Below are positions 1-22,517 of a DNA stretch of 64,000 bases, piece by piece. The DNA is from Lingula anatina (taxonomy: Eukaryota; Animalia; Brachiopoda): NCBI GenBank assembly GCA_051362555.1, contig CM120646.1, positions 22,692,001 through 22,756,000 of the forward strand, written 5' to 3'. The notes beneath the pieces are model-generated. The model did no database searches. It was not told the origin of the DNA and was given only the letters and a program-made list of their open reading frames with translations. The position numbers and the translations under genes are program-made. Position 1 is the first letter of the stretch. Each line of letters starts with the position of its first letter.

Positions 1-535
1 ATAAGCTTACATTTGATTCTTTATTGATTGCAAGCATTTTCATAACATCCTGTCTGCCTTTAGTAATCTTTCATATTTTTCAGACTTTCAGAAAAGATGT
101 ATCCACTACCATATTGCTATTGATTTTTACAAAAGTGGTTTAACTTCAGGAAACACCCTCCTCTGCCCCTCTATGCCCTCCCAAACCCCTCAAGAAGGAT
201 AGGGGTGCACACAGGGGCCTATTTCAGAAAGGAACTTGAGACAAAAAATTTTAAACCAAAACTCACTTCAGAATAAATTTGCAATATGCCACTAAAATCT
301 GGTGATTATTGGTCTGAACTTTAATATGCAGAAAATTGGTCTGCTTGAGTAAGTGAGAAGAAATGGGTAGCAGTTCATTTGGATGAAAAAAAAAATTGTC
401 TGAAGTATCAGCTATGCATTTCTTGTTAAAAAAAGAAACACAGTATTTTATTCAGTTGGTATAACCGCTGATTTATCTTGGGTCAAAGTTGGCTAAAATG
501 TTTGGTCTAAAAGTATAGACCAATTTAAAGGGGGG

Positions 536-689
536 GGGGCATAGCAATAGTGCGAAAGTTCATTGGTCCAAATGTTCACTATAGAACCTTTGGACCAGTG
601 AACCCTCGATTAAAAAACTGATGAAAATGTTACCATTTTTCGGACCAGTGAACCTGGACCAGTGAACCTTCGGACTATTGAGATGCCCC
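536..689. mobile_element. Short palindromic MITE-like element with ~17-bp subrepeats (GGACCARTGAACC)
   Basis: Termini GGGGCAT...ATGCCCC; internal ttcattggtcc / ggaccagtgaac inverted subrepeats; a reverse-complement copy lies at ~26421-26565. Confidence 0.6.
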
Positions 690-1119
690 CATTCTGAGGC
701 TTGAGTTCTATAGCAAAGCCAGCCCCAGGTGTTTAGTTTACTTCAGACAGGGTCTAATGGTCAGATGTGGGTGGAGGTTGTCAGGAAACTGTGATTCAGT
801 GATCTGTAATCAGTGGTTGAGTGGGCAGTGAGTGATGGTATTACACGGATATTATTTCCCTCTACACCTTGTTATTGTATTGACATTATATAGACATTTG
901 TCTTTCTTCTGTGAGTTAAATTGCAAGAACCTATACCTTACTTCCTTCTTTGCGTCTCATTGTTGATTGAACTGGGTTTATGTTCAGGGAGCAGGTCAGT
1001 GGTGATGAACACGATTTGTAGCAGCCATAAAGTGTTGTTGCCAAGGATTAAGGGATGTACAGGACAGTGGTGTATTTAGATCAAGTGTCTCACAGTAGCT
1101 ATTGATATACATATGTAAA

Positions 1120-1374
1120 CTGGGTTTCCATACCTAGATCGATCTAACAGGATCGATCCATCTTCCAAGGGGTTTCTTGTAAATTGCTTTCTGCTTAAGC
1201 GGCTTAGATGTCTGGTATGCCTACTGAAGCTGCAAAATGATAATTAATTACCCCCTATCAGTTTCAGTAGGCGTGACAGACATCTTAGCCACTTTAGTTG
1301 ATTGCAATTTAGTGAGAATTCCCTTGGAGATACATATATCCCCAGTTAGTATGATAGGGTCTGGGAATGGTCCC
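1120..1374. mobile_element. Palindromic MITE (possibly PIF/Harbinger-like), copy 1
   Basis: Fold-back arms (gcctactgaagctg / cagtttcagtaggc; taaattgc / gcaattta), GGG...CCC ends followed by TAA; related copies at ~10420-10628 (inverted) and ~29218-29440. Confidence 0.65.
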
Positions 1375-3541
1375 TAATACACTAAAAGTTGTTAATATTC
1401 TTCCCTGCCTCAGATTTCTTTACCTTCATCAGATTTTTTTTTCGCAGTTTAGAACTCAAGCTCATTTCACCTGTATTATTGCAGTGACTGATAAAAACAC
1501 TTATTTCTTTTTTCTCCTTACACCACTTCAGTGTATGATATCTACCACTGTCCTGGTGGTGAAAGATGTCCTACCACCAACCTGTGCGTCTGTTGGCTGT
1601 TTGAAAGAAAAAGAGGGAACGCTGGGTAATTGCAATCAAAAAAATCCAGCAGTTATACATATTTGCTCTGGGGCAAGAATTCTTCTGGATGTGGTAACTC
1701 AGGAACAGCTAGGCCTTTCGTAGATTGAGCTTGTGGCACTGGGTGCAAAGTGTCTTCATCTTCTTAGGAATTTGTGGAGTTTATTTTTGCTATTCCAATA
1801 TAGTTCTGGTCCACCTGTATGTTTATTTCTTGGATTATGGTTTTGGTTCTAAGAAAACCTGGTGAACAGTGGTCTGTCTGAACCTAGCTGTTCTGTTGCA
1901 TATATAAATATATATTTGGCAAACTTCTCGAAAATGACCTGGTATTAAGATTTTTGCCAAGTGCAGCTTACACGTACAATAGCAATTTTCTGTGGTAGCT
2001 AATTCATAATATCCTTTTCAAAGGTGCACCTCAGGAATTATTGTAGTGATAACATCCTAGGATTAATAGAAGAAGAAGGCATACATACTGGGTATCTTGA
2101 CTGGAGAGGGATCATTTAGCTGTGATAGTTTTGCTGTTTCCACCGCAACCAGACAAGTGGCACTTATTTCAATCTCCAGATAATCGACACTAAGACAGTG
2201 ACTGCTCACATAAGGGAGGTAATTCGTCTCAGTCATGTTCTAAAAGACTACAAGGATTTGGTGCCGAGACTTTCACGCTGCCAGAGGATCTCTCTTAATC
2301 AGCTTGTTCATTCTGTGGGCTAGCAATGCAGGTCAGAGTTATGATAGTTGACAGAATCTAGTTGGAGTCTCTTTGACTTTTGTTTGAATTAAGGCTATAT
2401 ATATTTTTACTTCTGCATAATGATTTTGCATGAATGCAGTCAAAGAATTATGATTATTTTTACTCGTAATACTGCTTTTTTCCTTTAGAATCATGCTTGT
2501 ATTTTAATTGCTGACAATATGGGATGTGGCTTTTATTTTTCCCATTATGCAGTTTTTTGATTACTATTAAATAGTTATCATTACTTGTACAGATGCAGTC
2601 AGGGATGAAGCCAGCATATGCTTGAATTGAGTACTGCTGTCAATGTTTAGATTAGTTGCAAAACAATAGATTTTTAATCGATAGCCTCCTTGAAAATTTT
2701 CAGTTCTTTCAAATCCAAGTTTGCTATTTAATTTTGTGAATATGACATAACGAAAACCAAAAGAATTCGAAGTCTCGGGTTCATATGCATATAATTGTTA
2801 TATGTGAACTGGCTTTTGTGTAAGAGAGAGGCAAGTTCAAGTCCAAGTACATGCCTCCTAAGATATCAGCCTAAATATAAAGACAAGTAAAAGCAATCCT
2901 GCATTCAGCACCTTACAATTCCTGGTAGAAAGAGTCGTGGCACCTGTAGGTACAGACTTGCTGAATTTGGAGCATACAGAAATTTAGCTGCAATCTCTGC
3001 TAACAACTTAAGGGTTACAGGCAGTTGTATTTTGGATCTTGAAAAATATTTTGGAGCTTTTTTATCCCATAGTGTGATTAAGTGTAAATGCATTTGGTTT
3101 TGTTCCAGTTTGGAGTGATACATTTTTTCACATGTTTTGTAAGCGTCACATATCTTTAAATACAGGGGATTATTGGCCAGATACGAAGATTTCTATGCCC
3201 CATTCTTTATTTTTGATGATCCAGGCCAGTTTTATTCCATTTGATTAGATGAATGGTAATTGGACTATTAACCTGCTGCTAATGATGTTGACAGTAACAT
3301 TTTTATAGCAGACACTGTATGTGTTTATGTTCTGATGTCTGTTTTGTCACTCTCGGCATCTGAAAATTCATTGCTCCACCTATAATTGCCTAAAAGTGTT
3401 TTTGTTTTAGTTCAGTTTTGCTGAGTGCATGGCTATTTAAAGGGGTGTTTATACCTTTTGGAAATCAGCATGATTGAATTATTTATTTGAAAGTTTTCAT
3501 TGCATGTATTTTTGCCAATGTGTGCCACGCAAGTGCCCAAC

Positions 3542-5553
3542 TTTTATTAGTACCACCAGCGTGTACGCTGGCGGTACTCATGGTTTTAGTCCCGACCCGT
3601 CTCGTCCGGCTCCGCCGGCTCCGTTGGCTCCGCCGGCTCCGCGTACTGGCGCCGGATACAAGTCACCGTTACCGCTTCTCCTCCTAGACCGCAAGGACCC
3701 CTGTCCCCATCTCTTGGATTTAGGTCACATATAACCTCAACTTGAACCCCCAGGTTTTTTTGTCTCAGTCGGTGCATTAACCTGGGCGTGACGCTCGTTG
3801 AAATGCACCCTTGTCAAAATTTTTGAAAATTCAATGCCAATTATCTACCCTACGGAAGGAATTATGGGAAAAATTTCTACAGACGGCTTTCCAAAAGTCA
3901 TATGTGTAGATTTCAAATATGCCCTTGGATTTGACATTTGACCTTTATTTCAAGGTCAAACGGGCCAAAATTTTCAAAAAAATGAAATTTTTTACAAAAA
4001 AAATATTATTTGCGCTGTTATTCAGACACTACACAGACTTAACCAATAATATTATTGGAAAGTGTTACCCTTTGGGTCATCTTTCATCTCCGTGAATTTG
4101 GGGTCAATCGGTGCATTTTCACGGGAGAAGCGGCCATAAGATACCGAAACTGAAAACTGTCTCTTATTCGGGAACCGTTAATGCTAGCGACCCGTTCTTT
4201 TTTGCATTTTGTAGAGCATGTAAAGCCCAACATTGCATATGTCTCCGTTTTTTTGTATTTCATACGGTTTTCGTGTTATGCTGTATTAAAAAGTACATTG
4301 TGGTGGCACATTATTGTAACTCAGAATTGTAACATTATATCTCCAAAACTGGCAGAGATAGGTCAATAGTTACTATTAAAGTTGAATAGGAAGTCACATA
4401 CTGGCAATTTAACAGTGACCATAAAATTGACCTTTGACCTACTTTTCACCATGAATTGAACTTTGCAAATTTTCGTTCCCTTTTATCTCCAAAACTGGCA
4501 GAGATAGGTTCATAGTTACTATTGAACTTGAATAGGAAGTCATATACTGGCAATTTACTGTGACCTTAAATTTGACCTTTGACCTACTTTTTACCATGAA
4601 CTGAACTTTGCAAATTTTTGTTTCCTTTTATCTCCAAAACGGGCAAAGATACGCCCATAGTTACTATTGAATTTGAATAGAAAGTCATTAGAGGCAATTT
4701 ACTGTGACCTTTAAATTGACCTTTGACCTACTTTTCACCATGAACTGAACTTTGCAAATTTTCATTCCCTTTTATCTCCAAAACTGGCAGAGATAGGTCC
4801 ATAGTTACTATTGAACTTAAGTAGTGAGTCATATACTGGCAATTTACTGTGACCTTAAAATTGACCTTTGACCATCTTTTTACTATGAACTGAACTTTGC
4901 ATATTTTCTTTCTCCTTTATCTCCAAAACTGACAGAGATAGGTCCATAGTTACTATTGAACTTGAATAGGAAGTAATACACTAGCAATCTGTGACCTTGA
5001 AATTGACCTTTGACCTACTTTTTATGATGAACTGCTTTTTGCATGTTTTCAGGCCTTTAAATCTGCAAAATTGGCAAAGAAATGCCCATGGTTGCTATTG
5101 AACTTGAATAGAAATTCATATAGTATGATATTGAAATTGACCTTTGACCTACTTTTTCACCATGAACTGAGCTTTGCATATTTTCTTGCCTCTCATATCT
5201 TTAAAACTAGCAGAGATGTGCCCCTTGTTGCCCCTAGGTTTTCTCTTTTGTCAGCATATATGCACCACTGACAACACTTTTCAAGGAAAACCAATAGGCC
5301 TTTTGTCTAGAGAATACAGGAGTGATCAAGGGTAGGAAAGTGCAAGTCAATTCGAAAATCTGCTTGATTGTACCATTTTTAGTTATATTTTTTTGCATAT
5401 TTTGAGAACTCTTCTTGATTGCATCTTATAGAGCTTGTCAAGCACAAGACTGGTGATGGTGTCCCTTTTTGGAGGGGGGGTCCATACGAATGCGCTTACT
5501 CCAGCTGGTGGTACAATATCCGGAGGCGGTATCGCCTCTCTGATCCTCTAGTT
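3542..5553 (+). mobile_element. Helentron-associated non-autonomous element (HINE/DINE-1-like) carrying a ~145-bp tandem array
   Basis: 5' T-run then subTIR AGTACCACCAGC with adjacent inverted copy GCTGGCGGTACT; GC-rich microrepeat (ggctccgcc); ~6 copies of a ~145-bp unit (4338-5220, TGACCTTTGACCT motif); 3' subTIR GCTGGTGGTAC (~5504), hairpin GAGGCGgtatCGCCTC and terminal CTAGTT. Confidence 0.75.
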
Positions 5554-8150
5554 ATTTTACTGTATATTCAATGAATGGCTTTATTTACTGTGTATGCTGT
5601 CTGTATATATTTGCTAACTTAGCTGTGTAGTTTATATATGGGCTAGGTACTTGTAATATCAGCCCCTGTGTCACTACACCCATAAACCACTCATGTAACA
5701 TTGCAATCACCTCTTTGTTGTGCACTGAATTATGTCCCAACAAATTAAAAAATCGGTTTGAACCATGAAAACATATTTACTTGTCAGCTTTAAGTTCATA
5801 ATTTAAAAACCTCTAAAAAAAGAACAAATTGGAAATAAAAATTCTGTTTCTATGGTAAAGGCTGAAGTGTATCAGTTCTTTTAAAGATCCTGATATTACA
5901 TTTACAGTGTTACTTTTGTATCAATAAACATGGAGACTGGCGAGATACTCATTATAGTTAGACACTAGTTGCTGAATGCCATGCAAATAATTGCTTTGAT
6001 TTCACTATTTTATGGTTATCTGTAGATAATAAGCTTTTACAGGTTATTACTTTTGAGGGAGAATTTGCCATATTAAATATATTTTCCCCACCACCTACTT
6101 TCTTCAGCTTAATGCAATATGCATGATGGAATATTTTATTCAACTTTCAATGCAGGGTTACCATATAAAACCATGATTAAATAAGAACCTTTTCCTGTTG
6201 TAGTCTAGAAAGTTAGCCGAGTTCCATGTAACTCAGTTTTCCTCGCATGTATAGTATTTGGTTGAGACATGTCTACTGTTTTTTTTTTTTGTTTGTTTGT
6301 TTGTTTTTTTTTTCATGGTAGCTGTTTTGATGGACAAGTGCTTAGGTAGACAGGCAACCCTAACTCATCAGGATACACAAATTTCATCTCTGCGATTAGT
6401 AAACAAAGAAAATGTTCAGCTCATATTTTGTCACGGAAATTTCAAGAGGTTGCAAAAAAAATCCATTTCAATATCGTCATTCCATGGTAGTTATGTGCTG
6501 TGTAACTGTGGTAAGGTGTGTATGCAATACCATGTCTTGCATGAAGTACAATCTCTGCATTTAATCTTAAAGGTGAGCAGTAAAATTAGCTCCTGAATCA
6601 GCATCTTGGGTATGATAGCATCATGTTAACTGTACGACGAGTGTGTGGTATGCTTGAGATGTGCAGCATGCTGTCCAGGATGCCCTCCCTCCTCAGTAAT
6701 TGGACATATATAATTGAACGCGATTCTTGAAGAGATTTGAGAAGTCAGTTAAGCAGTAAGGGTTCAGTTAAGGTTTGCTTTATTCTTATTGTGGTTTACA
6801 CTGTTTTGAGTAGTCTTGGTCTTTTGGAGAATTTTTAATTTGGTATACAGTTATCCAAGAGCGCATATTTGTTACATATATATAAATGTGACATTTATTT
6901 TCCTGTAACATGATTTTAAGTCATTTTGTTCTTCTGTTTATGAAAATGTCTTATGAATCAGTTTATAACTGAACTGAATAAAAAATTATGAGGAGCAGTT
7001 GTAAATGTTGCAAAGCAAGTAGATAAGTATTTCTTTCTTCAGAAGGTAGTTGAGGTAGAAGAATAGCAGAAAAATTGGTACGATATAAAAATGTCATGTT
7101 TTCCTTAACTTGAGTCTCATAATTCATGACAAATTTTGCAGGGCCCAGAACATGAATAATATAATAATTGGCCGCATGCCCAGGCTTCACTGCACGCTTC
7201 CATAAGAAGATTGCATGAAGTGTAGTCAGTGTCTGTACGGCGTTTCTCTTCTCCATGCCTTCTCCTATGCATGGAAGTGTGCAGGAAAGGTTATGCTAGC
7301 TTGCATCCCACTGTGTTGAAGGGAGGGTCTGCTATAAGAGATCAATGTCAACCTAGATATTTCTCTCCCTTCCCAGTGCTGGCTGCTACGAGTACCATAC
7401 ATAATGCTCGGTAATGTTAAGTCATGTTCACATTAAACCTATGTAAGAGCGGAAATGGCCCAGTTTGCATCAGCATAAGGCTAGAACATGTAAAAAATTT
7501 CAAAAGATTACATTTTCACTCCCCCTGTTAAGAAATCAGTTTGTTAGATGACTGCTTTCAGACTGTTTTGGTATGTTATTATTCAAGTGAGGTGGAAGTT
7601 AAACAAGACATACTTTTTTCTCTCTATCTCCTTGCTGTTGTAATGGGATACTAGTAAGCTGTTTTGTGTGGTTGTGGTATTTGGTGCTGGTGTACTCACT
7701 GGTGATGGAACTGCGCCCTGTTTCACAAAGTAATACAACCCAAAATATACACTGACAGTCAATGAAAATGCATCATTTATTTATCAAATAATATTTTAAG
7801 TTCCTTTGGCAGATTAAGTAAATAACAGTTTTCGTGTGAAATATGACCCATTATTCAGTCACACATTTTTTATTGTTTATATATTTTTTTATTTTTATAT
7901 ATCCGTTTATATGGTTGGAATCGATTCTTGGTAAAAAAAGTACAAGAAAGTTTGCTGATGCGTTTTCACTGACTGTCAGTAAAGTTACATTCTAATTACT
8001 AAAGATAAAAAAATTAGGGTAATAGCCTACTTTTATGGCAGGATAAATCTGTTGAGTCTTGTGAAACATGACTATTTTATTTGTATTGTGAAACATGGCA
8101 AACATTCTTATTTAGTGGAAAACTACAGAATTATCCAGGGTCAAATAATT

Positions 8151-8425
8151 ATATCCTTCTTTAAAGGGAAAGTCTAGAACACAAAAGTCCTTTCTTCCAG
8201 AAAACTTTTCTATTATTCTTTGAATGGGAGTGTTAGAAATAGAAATCCTATCTACCAGCAAACATTTGATATCATTTTTGAAGGGGATTTAAAGAAAGTA
8301 GAAGTCCTAACTATCAGCGACCATTAGATACAATATTTTAAAGGGGGGTTTATAAAAAAATAAAAAGTCCTAACAACTAGCAAACATTTCTATCCTTCTT
8401 TAAAGGGGAGTTCTGGAAAACAGAA
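8151..8425. repeat. Degenerate ~60-bp tandem repeat (~4.5 copies)
   Basis: Recurring atccttctttaaaggg...aagtccta...ccagcaaacattt at ~60-bp spacing. Confidence 0.55.
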
Positions 8426-9083
8426 ATTGTCATTCCTCTCTGATCAATACTTCATGTCCCAAGTGTAATGGTGTACTGTGACCTGAACAGACTACTGCGC
8501 GTCCAATACAATTTTCTATCCACACAAGACAGAGCTTGATTGAATTACCATGTTAGCACATGGCTCATGGTGAGCTCAGCGTTTCCAGGATCTTTACTTT
8601 CATGTCACTCAAGTATGTACTTATAGGAGGTATTTGAAAGAACAGATAAAGGCAGTTGGGCTCAAGTGTTAGATGAGTGGTCACCTTTTAAGGTGTACTT
8701 GTTGAGCAAAAAGACAATAGGTACTGTAATAATGGCATATTCTCATGGGTAAGGTTCCCTCTTAACCAGTGCATTTGTATTAAGAGAAGACAGGTGAAGC
8801 CAAATAATTTGACATGTAATTTAACATTTTCACGACAGTTTCTTTACTTTATACACATATTTTTATTAGTAGAGGTTGAAGAACAGTGATATTGTATTTT
8901 AGGTCAGAAGGGATTGAATAACATATCAAACATCAGTTTATTTGTTAGTTTAAGAACTTTCCACCTGCTACTTTTTCTTCTCTTTCTTTAGGTGGGAGTT
9001 GGGGCTGACAAGTCTGCTTTTTTTTTCCATAAATCAACCCTTACCTCTGAAGTTTTATCTTTTCTGTTTTTTCAGAATAAGTG

Positions 9084-17673
<8,590 letters not shown>

Positions 17674-20395
17674 CTTGGAAGCATCTTATACAGTTTAATT
17701 TCCCCTCACTTCCCTGGCTTGGCTGTATAGAACCCACACAAAATGTCAAACTTTACAGTGAAGAAACCATGTCAGATGTCAAGTTGGACAATCCTGAACT
17801 GGTGCCAGAAGTCACTGGGATGAAAAGAACCTAGGTTAGATGTCAAGTTGGACAGTAAAGAACTTAGACTAGATGTCAAGCGGGACAGTAACAAACCCAG
17901 GCTAGATGTCAAGCAGGATAGCCCTGATTCAGACTCGGCAACAGGAGAGAATCACTACTTGCCAGTAAACATTAGCACTCTGCATGACCGCTAAACCAAC
18001 AAGACTGACTGATAATGTTGGCATTTGGACCTCAATGGCCACATTTGACTGACTATGAAAAGTTGTTTGTAATTTATAGTTTTGTCACAGAAATGAGCCT
18101 GGTTTCTATTCTGGTTTGTTCCAAACATATCACCCCTAGTGTGAGACCACATATCAGGCTTGGCAAGGATCTGGTTCTATATTTACAGCTGACACGAAAG
18201 AAAGGCAACAACCTATGGAATCTGATATTTATATATTGAATTAATATTTTGTAAAGAAGTGCCCCAATGCAGGGCAGTGAGGGGATTTTATAGGTATATT
18301 TTAGAATGGTTTTATTTTACAGTTTTAACCCCCATACCCCTTCTTCCCCACACTTCCCCCCACTGCGTGTAACAAATACATGCTATGTTATGTCATTTTT
18401 CTTCTTTGAAAGATGCACTGGCGAGTACCTAAGCACAGTACAGTGTAGTATAAGTCCAGTGGGTTGTGTTTGTCGTTGTCATCGTTGTGTCTTGTGATGT
18501 GCGTAGTGGACTGCTCTGTATTTATGTACATCGACACCCTTAACTGGACTTCTGTTTTGGGTCTAATTGACAGTGGTACACATGGACTGATATCCTGAAA
18601 TCTTCAGTCAAATACCCTGAGATTCAGGCTCTATTGGAGATTCTGCTTTACCAGTTTTTATTTCTTTAGGTCTGCCAAAACTTACTCCAAGAAAGGGCTG
18701 AGTAGGGCAAGAGTCTGCAATAGTGCTCTGATAACCAGGTTAATGTCCTTTTTAGGTACAAGCTTTATTCTAGTATTTCCTACCTCTTTTCTTTATCCAC
18801 TGGTTTAGGTAGACAAAATTATAGCCCACACCACAATCTAACCTTTGTCATTTATACTTGGATACATTTTTAAACAGAGGCTGTTTTATATTTATGTTTA
18901 AATAAGATTTTAACAGTAACAAGCCTATGCTTGAGAGGCCCATCCCAAAATCCCACTTAATTGAGAGCACTTTGGTTTCCACCCCTTGTATTTTAGAAAA
19001 AAAGAACAATGGGAAAGTTCCACATTCAATCACTTCATTCATTAGTGAATTCACATTTTTGCATTGGAGTGGACTAGCCAAGAACACACTTAACTATTTT
19101 TAGTCCATTTACGAGAAAGTTGCACTTCATAATGCATTTCAGTATGCATCTGGTGCTATTTACCCTTTAGGGCACATACTATATCAAAACTTTAAAGCAC
19201 ATACAGAGATGGCCCCAAACATGAGACTTACAGCTAAATATTACTCTCATAACTTAACAGCTGATAATCTTCATTATTTAGCAGTAAAGGCAAAGTGTGT
19301 GGTGTGAAATAGTGCAGTAGTAGTGCCCATTGCTTCTCCTAATTAACCCTTGAGCTGTCACTTGGGTTAGTGTCATCTTGAGCTGGGTAAATGGTTTGAG
19401 AAGTTAGAGCATTTATATAGGAAAAAAGTGGTTTCACAAGATTAACTAGTTTGGACCATGAAACACATTTACAGTCCAACACCTGGTTTTTACCGAGTTC
19501 TAAGGCTTCCTAGTAGTCATGTGGAGTTCATCATAAATTAAGGATAATGTTATATCATACATGCCTCCCCACCTTTCCCTCTCTCTCACTCTCTCACTCA
19601 GTATATATGAATAAATCTGTAACATCAGTGATGTGTGTGTTGAACACTTTTGTACAGTAAACTGTAAATGTTGTAAGTAAACAGTAAATTCATGTAGATT
19701 GAGGTATACAGAGTTTATTTTATGGTTCTCTTTCTTTTCACCAGTGTACATTTGTGTCAGACACGAACAAGATTCACTCGGTTCTCTGTGGTTGGAGAAA
19801 AGTCATTGGGTAAACGAGTAGTTATCTAGAGAAATTTATAGACTCCCTTAACCTGATTGCCCAAATTATTGTGCTTGTCATTTAAAATGAAATGGTTAAA
19901 GCATGGGTTAAGAAAGTCTGTTTGCAGTTCCTGCTTAAAGCACGGACGTACCGTGGTTGTGTTTTAGTGAACATGTACACTGTCTTTCAACGGTTAACCA
20001 TGGAGATAGTTACCATAGTTACCTATCACTTGCAACACTGCTTTGTATATTATTCATGTTAGAGCAAACGGTTGATTTACAACACTAATTATTACAGCTG
20101 GGTGGTTTATCTGAAATGGTTCAATGATATTCAGCTTGGTTTGAGAGTCTGGCCAAGTAAAGGCACAATGTTGTTTGCTGGTATCTTGGTTTTCCAACTA
20201 GATTACAAGGCCTCTGTACAAGGCAGGTGGTACACAGCAAGAATGCAGCAACACCGCTTAAACCCTCGAGGTTCAAGACTTTGTGTCCATGGTAGCTAAC
20301 TCCGTGGTGATCGCCCTGGTATGTTTCTGTTGTAATTCCGTGAAATGTGATTGAATCGTGTTTATCTTCACATTATTAAGTAGGAAAATAAAACT
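17674..20395 (+). other. Probable long 3' UTR of the R3HDM-like gene
   Basis: Follows the stop-containing terminal exon; no coding signal; candidate AATAAA at ~19609 and ~20386. End point uncertain. Confidence 0.4.
17774..17920. repeat. ~32-bp degenerate tandem repeat (AGATGTCAAGTTGGACA core)
   Basis: Core recurs at ~17775, 17838, 17872 and 17904. Confidence 0.55.
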
Positions 20396-20704
20396 CTTGC
20401 CTTCTTCAGTTTGTAACATATTGGTTTTTGTTATTTCAACTTTATCTTCAAGCTTCGTGACATGTTTTTATGCCATATTCCCCATATGTCTACAAGTATT
20501 CTCTGCTCAAAATGCCAAAAGACAAAAATATCTTATTAGTAAGTCCGCTTCAGCTTAGCACTCGCGACTCCACTCCCGTGTCCTTCCAGATGAAAATGAC
20601 CAGGCAGCTTCACGCCTTTCACCACTCGACGTCATATCCGGTTCCCTTTATTACACTTTGTATTTTAACCTCAACGCTAGGAGGTCTACTGTAAGCTTTC
20701 TTCT

Positions 20705-21400
20705 TGGAAACACGACTCCGACCCAGTCAAACCGAACTCGGTAAGCACCATCTGGTTCTTCCAGAACACACGTGGGGAACGAATAGTGGAATACAAAACA
20801 CTGGCGAATTTCCGGAGCAATGGGCCAAGTGTCACACATTCCCTGCCGTTCAACGGTAACGGTAACGTCATCCACAGGGACGACCTCTATAATATACAAC
20901 GTATGACGCTATTTAAAATGAGAGCGTGCGCTTTTGGTCGGTATAGTCTGTCTAAATTACAGGTGATCGCTGAGAGGGCTATCAAGTCCAGGTGTGAATA
21001 CCCGTGGGGCGGGGGCAATGTGGTGGACTTCGCAGCCGACCAGAAAGGACTTTGGATGGTTTCCGGTGTTTCTGCGAACTTTTGTAAAATGGTCTTGGCG
21101 CTGTTGGACTTGGATTCCCTACAACCGTAGAAGGCATTGTCGCTTGACATTGACATGAACAACGTCGGCAATGCTTTCATTAAATATGGGGTTCTATGCA
21201 ACGATGGATTGGAACCGATCTCCTACCAGTATTAGCTACGAGTTTGATACAAACATCGGGAAAGGGCAGCACTTGGCGGATGGTCGCTTTTTCTTTATGA
21301 ATGCCGGCGGAAAGTAGGGCCTACGTTTTTAAGTCCATGCTATATGACAATCCTCGCGATAATTTGCTGATAATATTCAGTGAAGTACGGGTTCTTCTCA
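20705..21400 (+). pseudogene. Olfactomedin (OLF) domain pseudogene, intronless
   Basis: OLF motifs in order: WKHDSDP, VEYKTLANF, GNGNVIH, YPWGGGNVVDFAADQKGLW, VGNAFIKYGVL, ISYEFDT, SMLYDNPRDNLL. In-frame TAG at 21128-21130 and frameshifts downstream. Confidence 0.8.
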
Positions 21401-21597
21401 ACTTACACGGTTTCATAAAATACTGCTGTGATTTTTTGAAGGTGTCAAAACATGGACATGGTGAATACAGAAAAATGCTATTCATTGGAGAAACTTAAAG
21501 TAACTCTGTTTTGCCAATAAAATTTACCCATATAATCGTTTTAAAAATTAAGTGCCACAGAGCGTTACCATAAAGTAATAATAATAATAATAATAAT

Positions 21598-22437
21598 AAC
21601 TAGACTGCAACTGGCTGAAGCCAGTGGCGGAGGATTCCCCTGCAAAATAGGTGTGGAAATGCTCTTACAAGGTCATGTGAAGGTCATGGGTTAAATTTAG
21701 CCCCATATTCTGAAAGAGCATGTGCGAATTGGGGGGGGGGGGGGGGGGCAACAAAACATCACTTTTAGCCCACTTCAATATTTCTCCATGAAATAGCCAA
21801 ATGACCTTGAAAATGAGGGTCAAGGTCAAATTTGACATTTGATTTGGGGGCTTTGGGTATATGTTTGGGGTAGTTTACTATAGCATGCTATGACCAAAAA
21901 CCAGTCTTTCATGGAGAAATTGCCAAAGTCACGATTTCTGCGATGTCATAAATATTTAAAAATTGATATTAAAAAAAGTAATTAGGCAATCGCTACCAAA
22001 GTACGGCTAACCTTAGATAAATATATAGGGCATCATTTGCCACTATGATTAGGGCTCTCGGCCTTCCGGTTTTTGAGATCTCGGAAACAAACCTTTTTTG
22101 AGTCCGTTTGGCCATTAGCGACCTTGACCTACTTGCATAAAAGTAGGTCATTATCTGTGGATTTGTCTCAGTATCATTGACCATAAGGCCCTTAGCCATA
22201 TGGCTTATACCTTAGGCCTAATGGCAATTTCAAATTTCATAAAATTTGCCTTTAAAAGCCCCTGTGACCTTGAAAAGTAGGTCAAGGTCACTGAAACTGG
22301 GTCTGTGGCATATTCTTGCCATGGGCTACCTATGATAATTATTTCAGATTTTTTGCGAAAAAAAACGCGCGGAAAGAATAATAATAACTATAATACTACC
22401 AAAAACAATAGTATTCCCCTATGAGGAATCCTAATAA
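21598..22437 (-). mobile_element. Second HINE/Helentron-type non-autonomous element (different family)
   Basis: On the - strand: 5' TTATTAGGATTCCTCATAGGGGAATAC subTIR/inverted repeat, (TTA)n tract, TGACCTTGA-rich body, 3' GGGGAATCCT, hairpin ACTGGCTtcAGCCAGT, terminal CTAGTT inserted into a (TAA)n run. Confidence 0.7.
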
Positions 22438-22517
22438 TAAATATACAAGTAAAATGTCACAAAACTGTAATAACAATAGTTTCTCCTATGGCACATTCCA
22501 TATTAACCTCAGTCCGT

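Noticed and set aside
1367-2340. 118-aa ORF / possible upstream exon of the R3HDM-like gene
   Set aside because: No homology evident; the ORF starts inside a MITE end, and UTR exon status cannot be judged without transcripts.
3474-3777. Pro/Ala-rich short ORFs
   Set aside because: Overlap the GC-rich microrepeat at the HINE 5' end.
4338-5220. Regularly spaced repeats resembling a CRISPR array
   Set aside because: Whole units are repeated with no unique spacers, there are no cas genes, the context is eukaryotic, and the array is explained by the HINE element.
21128-21130. Possible stop-codon readthrough in the olfactomedin ORF
   Set aside because: Additional frameshifts and substitutions at conserved positions point to pseudogenisation.
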